64,000 nucleotides of DNA, taken from Phoronis australis. Taxonomy: Eukaryota > Animalia > Phoronida. Below are positions 39,101 through 49,300 of this stretch, piece by piece. The stretch's first letter is position 1. The number at the start of each line of letters is the position of its first letter. The notes beneath the pieces were generated by a model that worked only from the letters and a program-made list of their open reading frames with translations, made no database searches and was not told the origin of the DNA. The position numbers and the translations under genes were made by a program. Where the stretch lies: positions 357,505 to 421,504 of the forward strand of contig NMRA01000285.1 in assembly GCA_002633005.1 (NCBI GenBank), given 5' to 3'.

Positions 39101-42100
39101 TGCTCGCATCGGGCAATGCGGTCACCACAATTGTACCTGATTCCGGCGCCGCGCTCTCTTTGATCCTGGTACAAGCCGCTCAGAAGGACGAGCGGTGAAA
39201 ATTCCCGCACATCTTTAGGAATGTGTGACTTCCTGGTAACTCTTTTATTTACAGTATGAAGATGCCCGGTCAAATAGTTTATTGCATCTTTGTTTAAGTT
39301 TCATATAAGCATTGCTTTGGGTGAGAATAATTCATTTTGAAACATTGCGCACAACAATAAACCTCAACCGTGGCAACTCACAATCCCGAATTAGACGAGT
39401 GCTCATCCGACGAAGACTTCACAGATCGATCGTTGGGTTTCACAAGCTTTCAGTTCGAACCAGAATTCACTGATCAAGAAATACAAGAGGCGCTGTGAAC
39501 GTGCACAAACAACGGAACACATGGATAGTACCGAAAACCGTTTGAATGATTTGTCATGGTGTCAGTGTGCTAACTGCACCATAATGGAAACAACTGACGC
39601 TTGCGTTTGCTGCCATGAAATTCCGCAAGTGAAACGCCTTCTTGGAGAAGCGCAGATGTGTCTCAGGGACCATCCTGATTTTGCACCACATCTAAACAGA
39701 AGTCTGCTTACAACGTTTTTGGACTGGGAAAAAAAACTGGCAAAAACATCCTACACCCAGAGATCCAAACAGAAGCCTGACGAACGAGTAAGTCATCAAA
39801 CAGGTTATAAAAAACTTTATGTTCTCATGCCTTAAATCAATTGTAATTGTTTATGTTTCCATAGCCAGCTACAATTCTCCATAATCAAAAACTGAGCAAC
39901 AACCGATTCGCATTGTTTTGTCTTCTGCCTACCGAACCCAAACACACTAGGCACAACTGACTTCATACTCAGTCTCTTTTTCTGCCCTGGCATGAGCTGT
40001 TTGGTAAGACGGCATTCGATTGTCAGTGAAATCACTGTAGACGAAATGCCGGCCACAGACACAGAGAAGATTCACAGCCTCATACTTAATTGGTATTACG
40101 GCATACTTTTCATTCTTCACTACCGGAACCACTTCCGAAGCATTGTGCGCTCTCGAGGAAATCGAAAAGCGATATACCTGCTTTCCTCCTAGCTTCATGG
40201 TTCGCACAAGCAAACGATACACCAGTCCATAGTGGCACTCACTCTGCAGAAGGACCACTGATGTCGCTGAGTCGTTTCTCACCTTCCTAACAGGTTAACG
40301 CGACACCTCTTGGCAACGAGAGATCGACCGTATACCAGGTGATGTGGATATAGACTGATTAAGATGGTAAAAAAGACTAATTAAATCAGGTGGCATTCTC
40401 CTTTAAGTTTTCCAAATAGCATACTTAAGATTTTTAAGTTCCTGTGGAGTCGGTATTTACCGTAGTCCAAATCTGGGCTAGATCACACCCTGCAACAAGC
40501 AAAAAATCTGGACGAACACACATGTTGTTGTCACGTGACGTTTGTGGGCACCAGAGTTGGTGGCAGGCCTACATGCTAACATATATGTGGGCCCTAACGC
40601 GTGCTTCTTGGCCACGTGCTCATTAACACTGGTCAAGTTTCGATTCGCGGTTTTTACATGTACAAAAGTAATCTGCATTCCTGTTGAGGGAGAAGAATTG
40701 TACGGTAAAGATATAATACAATCCCATTGACAAGTACGCAGCGTCTGTTCTGAAACGCCTGACCATAGTGGGACACGTTCCTCGCAAGATCAGCAGAACT
40801 TTTGCGTTCTTTTTGAAGTGTACAGCCACAGCTAAATACCGACATAGTGGCAAGGCTAGTGGTCTAGAAATTCCGCGCACAATGATTTTTCAGGACTGTC
40901 GGATACTATTGATAAATTGAAGACATTACTATAGAATTTTAGAACGTTAGGTAAGGCATTTTTCGCATAATATGTACACGCTCATGGACTGGACTCTTAT
41001 TTTAGGGATTTAGGGAAGTCTAGCAAGTCAACTTCTACTTGCCCAGCACCATTTTTACTCGCATTGGCGACTGGGCGAGTGGCTAAGTATATCCCTGGAC
41101 ATGTGATCTTGCTTTTCTTACAAGAGGCTATGGAACCCAGCCCAGATTTCTCATTCAGAGGATGTACTAAGCTGTTCCATATAAACACAGTCAAAATACA
41201 ACAGTAGAGGGATATAGCGAAAAACCACCTTAAAATGACTGCTAAAAGTGTCGAACCAAGTACCTCCAACTTCGAAGCCAGGTGTCTTAAACAACTGACC
41301 AAAAAGCAATTGACTATAGACCAGTGATTAACAGAGGAATTCGTAATAATATCTTTATATGCATGCATGTATGTATATATAGCCAGAGTGCTACTTGTGG
41401 GTCATTTTTGTTCTAGATAATTTACTAAATACCGGAAGAACTTATCTCACAATCAGTAAATGCTGTTCTTGGTTTATCTTTGCACCAAAGTTTTAGAGCA
41501 GCTAGTTGAAACCTGAATCCTCAAAAGAAATTTGGTAGGTTCTGCTTGACCTAGAGTTAAGTGACTTTCTAAAACCGCTCTGAGGTAGAGTTAAATGACC
41601 AAGATAAATCATGAGCCTTACGTGCTGAGCCAGGGAGTGCAGGCCCTGGTCATTCATGACCTTTGATATTGAAGTGCACAGACCCGAAGCTCAAAGGATT
41701 TTCCCTAACCATAAGGCTTATAGTTGCCAATGCGAAAGTTAAATCGGTGCTCTCTACCATGCTCCTGTACCTTAGAACCATACTCAATTTAAAACAAGAG
41801 AAAGTATATGTTGAAAAAATATCCAACAAAATTCCAGGACTGACCTGCCATACGAATGAGGCAAAGACGATGATGCAAACAACAAAAATCTAAGCACAAC
41901 TCCATTCATTCGTGCAGTTCAAACTTTTTGATTGACAAACTTCCTGTCAAAAAACTTGTACAAGACATTGTATGCTCCAGTCAAATGATGAAGAGCACAA
42001 GTAAAATGCTTGTCTAATGTTGGTTATACATGTATTTGATAACCAATTATGCATGAAAAATAAAAGAGCCTCGAAATACTTCCGAATTCCATTATTGGGT

Positions 42101-43096
42101 GATCCAAGTTTGCTACTTTGGCACTCACTACCTGCCCTAGATATGCCAAAATGTCACTTGTAGAGCACCTGTCACTTTGGCTGGAGATGTGAACAACTCT
42201 GAGATTTGGCTCCTAAAATACGAGTTCTGAAGAATAAAATTGTTGCGTAGCATGAAAGGCTGTAGACAATGACCATCGTCTCTATCCAGAATATTCTGGA
42301 TAGAGACGATGGTCATTGTCTAGAAAGTAAAGGCTGTAGACTATAAGTCCTAGTAAAATTAAATTTAAAGTCATTTTCAACAAATCGGACATTCTTAAAT
42401 GTGCTATTGAAGATGGTGAGAAAATGTTGTCCCAGACGACCAACGCTACGATGGACTATGAATGTGAGCAAAATGGTCGGAAATACAAAATTTACCTACA
42501 AATAGGCCTAACTTGCACAAGGCAAGGCCAGCCTCCCGTTCAGTAATGCTAGGACCTCACTAAAAAGCAAGACTTCGTGAGATTACATGAGATATGGCCG
42601 TGTATTTTAAATGAGAACACGTGACTTTGGCTAGATTTTAGCTAGGTCCTAGCCGCTAGGACCTAGCGTAGTTCCTAGCCTTACTGAATCATTCAGTGAA
42701 TGCACGCCAGCCTCCCGTTTAGTAACGCTAGGACCTCACTGAAAAGCAAGACTTCGCAAGATTATGTGAGATATTGCCGTGCATTTTAAATGAGAACACG
42801 TGACTTTGACTAGGTTTTAGCTAGGTCCTAGCGTAGGTCCTAGCGTAGGTCCTAGCGTCTACTGAACGCACGCCAGGCTTTACTGACAAGGCCAGGGAAA
42901 ACAAAAAAACTTCTCACCCAACAAGCGCGAAGACCGCCACGGTGACTAAGAAGTAATTCGTCTGGTAGTACAGCAAGTTGTTGATTACTCTGTTTGACCA
43001 TCTCTGCAAATTTTTGAAATCTGGAGGTTCGAATCGAGCAGAATCGAGAATAAATTCATTAATCGACCGAAACGGAGCAAAACTCAATTCAGCCAT
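33126..43096 (-). CDS. ARL6IP5: PRA1 family protein (ARL6IP5/PRAF3 and PRAF2 co-orthologue), 178 aa
   Basis: Exons 43096-42918, 35496-35279, 33265-33126 splice in frame (179+218+140 nt). Motifs RWSNRVINNLLYYQTNY, VFLFGIALP, IHSSLRLRNLRNK...GLKRTPMG..LE.LGQEQEAGS. Confidence 0.93.
33710..33820 (-). mobile_element. tRNA-derived SINE fragment
   Basis: Minus strand A box TGGCCCAGTGAG and B box GAGTTCGAGTCC; related copy at 58161-58249. Confidence 0.6.
34640..35288. repeat. 19-bp minisatellite, about 34 copies, overlapping the exon 2 splice donor of the PRA1 gene
   Basis: Unit GACACTGGGACACTTACAA (sense strand CCCAGTGTCTT-GTAAGT-GT). Confidence 0.97.
39395..39790 (+). pseudogene. P2X7-ballast/Nanor-like cysteine-rich ORF remnant (Kolobok accessory KolX-like)
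   Basis: Acidic leader with FQFEPE, then RL...SWCQCANC..M.T..CVCCHEI......CL.DHPDF; interrupted by a stop and truncated. Confidence 0.72.
39930..40230 (-). pseudogene. THAP-domain remnant of a Kolobok transposase gene
   Basis: Frameshifted MDWCIVCLC...GISLFRFPRERTMLRKW...CVCGRHF..SDF...KRLSMKSVVPSVF; starts about 170 bp inside a GGTGGCATTCTCCT|TTAA terminus at 40402. Confidence 0.75.
42263..42322. repeat. 60-bp perfect spacerless palindrome
   Basis: TAGACAATGACCATCGTCTCTATCCAGAAT|ATTCTGGATAGAGACGATGGTCATTGTCTA. Confidence 0.95.
42527..42876. repeat. Two tandem ~170-180-bp units each with internal inverted ends (MITE-like)
   Basis: Units start 42527 and 42706; cagtaa(t/c)gctaggacct pairs with aggtcctagc...tactga in each. 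Confidence 0.8.
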
Positions 43097-43316
43097 TTTC
43101 AGGAAATGACCTATTTATCCAGGATAGCCGCTTCAACCTAAAGAAATCGAAAATTTGCAAAATTCACACAAGGGTTGCAATGACTTAGTTTAAATTAAAC
43201 ACACAATAACTTGTTCATCAATTAAAACTCTTCATTTGTGAAACTTTCTCTCTTTAAAAATTTTCTTTATCACTGGCACTTTTTATTGATACAAGATTTT
43301 TTTTATAGAAATAAAC
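43097..43316. promoter_or_regulatory. Probable bidirectional promoter between ARL6IP5-like gene and UBA3
   Basis: Divergent start codons at 43096 (minus) and 43317 (plus), 220 bp apart. Confidence 0.7.
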
Positions 43317-46300
43317 ATGGCTGACGAGCCGTAAGTTGGGAAAGTAGAAGGGTTAGACTGCATTGAATTATGGTTCAGCCTACATTTTCTGTACATCGTT
43401 GAGTTGGAAAACATTTAGTGCGTTTAGACCAAGAGGAGATGCCCAGGGGTCCGATTCCTTGTCTTTGGCCGTCTTCGTGTTGCTGAAACGTTATTATGAA
43501 GTGTCCTTGGCCCAACTTGGGCTTGGCTTGGTCTGGCCTAAACAGAATTATACCTCACACTGACTAAAACATCAAAGTCACGTTGTTTTAAGTACCTTTT
43601 CCATATAGAGGGACACTGTCAATGTCTTTTATTCTTTCCAGTTACAACTCAAATAAATACTCCTATAATCAAAAACTTTTTCTTCGAGCAGTCCGTTCAG
43701 TTGCCCAAATCGGCAACTGGGAATACTGCGCGTGCTTCTGGTGGGGTAAGTAAAAATTTAGCACGGGCAGTGTAAAAATGGCCGTTAAATTATTATTCAA
43801 AACTTTTCACCATGTAAAAGTTTTACTGAAGGGCCTTAGTTTCATATAACAGAAACTTTCTGTGTGAAAGTGACTTGGACAAGACATGTTTAATTTTTAA
43901 TTTAACACCTTATGACTGTTCCCTGCCTACTGGTGTATCTTCAGGATGATAGTGGATCATGGTTGGCCAGATAGATGGGACCACATTAAAAAAGTGGTGG
44001 AGAGAAATGGACCATTTGCGCCTCCTGATTTTGAACCAAGCAGAGAGGTAAAAGAAATGTTTCTAACATTGAGTTATTTGTTACCAGCCATTCCCACTTT
44101 GTTGTATTTATGTGCCCACAAAAATTTGTGGTCACATAGCCAGCATCTCGTCTGTGCGCTGTCTAGACCCTTTTGAGCAGCTAACTTCAGTGACGGATTT
44201 AGAGGGGGCCAAGGGGGCCATTGTCCCCACCTAAAATTCTCCCAGATTCCATTTGGCAGTTCAAGGACGTGAATGTCTGACGGGCAAAATCTTGGCAAAT
44301 ACTCTGCCCTGGCCTCCCCTAACTCAAAATCCGTCCCTGAACTCATCTGTATTATTAACTGTGGTCAACAACACCGTCGGCTATGAAAAAAAAAAACACT
44401 GTTAGTTAAGAACATTGCTCTTCTTGTCTACCCATTGAGGTGGAAGCAGGACTGAATGGCTAGATTTGAAGATGTGTATTGTTTGACATGATACCCTATG
44501 AGAAAAAGCATTGTTTAGCCAAAACCCTTACTGTGCCAGAACTGAGTGTGCTCTGTGGTACAAGATGGGGACCTGTTCTTTACAAACATTAAGCACTTCA
44601 CTTGAATACTTTAAGTTTTTAGTAGTGCTGGCATATTTAGCAGCTAGTTTTAAAAGTTGTTTTTCCTTTGATGGATGTTTTCTAACAACTTCATGCTTGT
44701 TCTGTGCTTGAGCAAAAATGAACCAATATCTTGGTGTTGCCTTCATGGCAAGCAGTGTGACAATGCTAATACATCGCAAGTTTTTATTGTTTAACTTTAT
44801 GCTTCTTTGTGAAAGCATAAAATAGTAAAAAGCAGTACAGTAAATAAACATTTCAAAAAAAATGCCCTCTACGTAAAAATGACACGAAAATTCCCATCCA
44901 AATAGTAAAAAACGTCATCGAAATTCCCCTTGTAAAAGGTACAGGCACCTTTCCCCTCAGTTGAATGGGGGCCCTGGTAAGGTGTCTAGTCAATGCATTT
45001 GTTGCTTTTGTTGTAGTAATAGTCAGAATAATTTATGTGATTTTCTTGGGAGTGATGTACAATCAATAGACGTCCCTAACTGATGACAGAACTACTTCAG
45101 GTTTGCAAAAAGTAGGACACTGTCCCTCCCACACTGCCCCTCCCACACAGCCAGAAAGAGATGGTGAAGTTTTGTTTGAATCGCTTCCACTGCTTTTCAA
45201 ACTCTGTTGTGGCCACTGTTAATCTTTTTCGTAAATTACGTGTTTCCCAACATGACTTTATCGATTTTGTTTGTTGTAATTTAATGATTAATCAATTCTT
45301 CAGATGCTGGAGTTTCTGTTAGATGCCTGCCGTATACTTGTTATTGGTGCGGGTGGACTTGGCTGTGAGTTATTGAAAGATCTGGTACGTTCAACAGAAT
45401 TTTCTCTTCTTGTGTATTGATTTATTTGCAGTAGGCCCTAAGTTGAATGTATTTCGAATGCTTCAGGGTTGCAGATTCCTCCTATATGTCTTACTTTGGA
45501 ATATCTACATAGAAGCATTTGCTGAAATTATGACAAAATGTATTGCGTACTGTCGTGTCTTGGTTGCATTCTAGATTGTAACCAACTCAAGATTGTACGC
45601 AATACAGCACCACATGTTTTGTATCTATCAAATATTCAAGACTGCAGTTTGTTAATTTAACTCAAGTACGGCACTTTTGGTGTTATTTCAAAACATTGTG
45701 TGGTTGGTTTATTCCGTCTATCACAGCGCCACCTATGTGGAAGTGTGGCTCTGTGACATGATGAGGGACACACGGAATTTCATTTGTGAGGATCAGTGCA
45801 CATGCCTTTGTTTGGGTGTTTTTTTGTATATGTATGGTGCTGGAACAAGACGGGAAAGCATAGTGAATCATTTTGTTGTTTTGTTTGATGCTTTGTAGTC
45901 TTGTATGAGTCAAATATCATGGTTTGTTTGGAGTACTTCGATTAAGCCTGTTCATGTGCTTTAAACAACTGCCAGCATTGAAGTCATTTTTCAATAAAAA
46001 TGGAGCCATATGCTGATGCATTTCTCAACATCAACCAATGGGAATTCTTAAGCCTGATTTTCTAATCAATTGAAATGTTTGAATGCCACTTCATTCTGTT
46101 ATCCAACGAAAAACAGGGTTACGTGATCTCTCACAGTGTTACCTCTTGCATACTTAGGAATTTGATGTATAACCAACCACTTCCTTGTAATGAATGCTTG
46201 ATCCCTGTAATTCATTTCAGAAACGAATTAAATCTTGTTTTGGCAATGTGTTAACACATAAGAATGGTTTATTAAATGTACAGCTTGAGGATGCACTAAG

Positions 46301-49300
46301 ATTGCTGTAAGCAACTTACTGAGTTGAATGAAATGGAAGACATCGTTTTTTTTTCTTTCCTTTCTAGTTCAACCATTGAAATTCCTATTTGCGTGGTCTC
46401 GCTGTCAGTTGTGTGTTGTAGTTGTGCAGTGAGTAAAACTCGCTGTATAGGACATTAAAATGTGCAACAAGGCATTGTTAACTATGTCAATTTTAATCAA
46501 AAACGCATATTTGAACTTTAATTTTGGAATTGACGTAAATGAAAAACATTAAAATATTCTGTTATGTCTGACCTATATCTTTAAGATTTGTTTCATTTAC
46601 AGGCACTGATGGGATTCCGACAGATCAGTGTGATAGACATGGACACTATAGATGTGTCCAACTTAAACAGACAGTTCTTATTCAGGTGAGTACATTTGTA
46701 GTGGCCACGATCAAGGTCTTAATCTGTCAGTCTGCAGTTTTGCCAATCCAGTCTAAAACATAAGTTTCATTGCAGGTTTCATTTAAATTGCTATCAATGA
46801 TATGTTGATGGAAGGACAATGTAGCTGATCGGTTTTACACAAACTTGTTCTTGAATTTTCCCAGTTTTACAATAATTTCTCCAAGTCTAGAGCACATATT
46901 TGCCCAACTCAGGATTTGAAAGTATCATTGACATGTTCTCTATCTATATTTTTATAGACTTTGATTTGTTGTTAATAAATGTTAGCATTTTTTATATCGG
47001 CGTCATTACTGTTAAATCATATGCTCATTCATCAATTGCAGACCAAAAGATGTGGGCAGGCCTAAGGCTGAGGTCGCCGCTGCCTTCATCAACTCCAGAG
47101 TGCCAGGATGTAAAGTGTCACCGTATCCTTGCTTGTACTTCTTTCGTAATACTGTGCAGGGTTATGGGATGGGATAGTAGAGCCATTTAGTTGAGCAAGG
47201 AGACTGTTTAGGTTAACTTGGTTGTTAGCGTTCTAGGCATTGTTCATTTAGCACGCAATGTGTCTGAAAAGCTAAATTCCATTTTGCCAAATTTCTCCAC
47301 AAGAAAGTTTGTATCATTTTAGTCTATAATCAACATGTGTTGTGGTGTGTGGCTGCAGTAAAACAAAAGTTGGTAAAGTTCCTGTTGTGTGCAACAAGGT
47401 AACCAGCCTTTGAAAAGTAAGAAATAATTATTTCAGCAATTATTTTGTGTGAAATAAGTGGAAAGTTACTATTACTGTAAGGGTGTCAGAGCATTTGGTG
47501 TGTTTATTTGGCTCAGTTTCAGGTTGGCATTCTTTAGTTATTCTGTTACAGACTTGGGAGCATATCAGTTCCTTAACTAGATCAAGACATTTTGCAAAAA
47601 TTCAAGATTTTGATGATGCATTTTACAGACGTAAGTATTATCCTTTATTACACATATCAGTGCCATAACTCATGGTTTCAGTACTGAAAAACAATTGTTT
47701 TTCCGAATTTGTTATCTCGTTGAAAACTATGGTTATTTTAGTTTGAAAGCTTTTTTAGTGTTTTTTTTTTAAATTTGGCGAGTTAGTGTGCCTTAAAATT
47801 TTACACTATCTGTCATCCTATTTACCATGTGGAATTGCTTCTGTTACCAAATTTGGAGATTTCTTGTTTGGAGAACGTAACTTTGATTTGGTCCAATGGA
47901 CCACCCAATGACTTTTTTGTTTTGATGTTTATTTTAATTTGTCACTGTTCAATGAAAAATTCTTGCAATGTTTCAGGGCCAAAAACAAAAAATGCATTTT
48001 TGGATTTAGTGTTTCATTGGATAAACTTCTTGGAGCTCTCAGCTTTGACTATGAGCTATAAAACAACAAAATCTGTTTTGTTTTAAATTAGAAACTGTCG
48101 ATTCCCAACAAGGGCTTTCATTCTTTTGTTAGAATTAACTGAATTGGAGTCTAGTGACTGTGTCAGTTAAATACTCTTAAAATAATTCCACTTACCATGT
48201 TTGCGTTCAACTCTATTGATTTACAAACATAGTGTCTGACTGCAGCGGCTGAGGTTGTAGGCTAAAGTCTGTCTTGAGGCACAAAATTGTCGCCCATTAT
48301 ATCTTTTGAAATTTAGCCTAATGTGAGTGGACTTCTGTAACATTATACCAATTATAGTGATGATGTATTAGATTACAGATTTACACACTCCTTAATTAGC
48401 GTGACAGTGTAGTTTTACTTTTTAAACATCAGTTGTTTTCAGAGTTTGTCATTTCTTATGCATTACTGATTCCAACGTTTATTGCTGTATTTCAGAATTC
48501 CACATAGTTGTTTGCGGTCTAGACTCGATTGTTGCAAGAAGGTGGATTAATGGAATGCTTGTACGTTGGACCTCTATCTTACCTAGATTTAATCTACTTG
48601 TTTTTCAATCTTAAACTTCTCTAAATGGTGCCATAGCATTTAGAATGAAAAATGTAACGCACGATAATTGGAGTTAAGTTTAGAGAAGATCAAGAAACCA
48701 TTGTGGGTGGGGATTGAAACAACAGTCCAACTTAACAGACAACCTTTAGTACCAAAGATTTCATATCTTCAAAATGTTTTCTGAAGTACTATGTTTTGAT
48801 CCATGAAACGTTACACTTTCAAAATCGTTGATGAGTAAATAAACTGCCTGATCATGTGTACATTAAACGTTATTTCTGGACATTTGAAGTTACTGGACCA
48901 TGATTTTTTCCGAAAAAATAATCACGTTTTTATTTATATCTCTTATAAGTTCCACAACTAAGATTTTTTGACTCTGAAAATGTGACCTTTAAAAATGAAG
49001 AGTTTAACGTGGCAACTTAGATCTCGTGCTAAGATGCTTCAAAAGAAAATCTTGAGTATAATTAACAAAAATTATGCAAGTTGAGTAGGTAAAACTTTTC
49101 ATTTAGTGCATTTGATCTCTTTAGAATTCAATGTTTTTTAAGGAAATCAAGGTCATTTGACTACATGTGAATCACACTGTTTTTTGGGGTTTGTGCGCCA
49201 AGCATGTATTTTCAAACTACAGGTTTTTGTGACTTCAAACTGCATGAGCATGATTTGTGAAGAAATACGATCCTTGATAATCAGTATAGCCCTTTAGCAC

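Larger units (their letters stand above)
36885..41097. mobile_element. 4.2-kb CAGGG-ended TIR element with 6-bp TSD (GACATG) containing Kolobok remnants
   Basis: gacatg|CAGGGATATAC ... GTATATCCCTG|gacatg; subterminal ctgggcgagt / ctcgcccag-like motifs at both ends. Confidence 0.75.
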
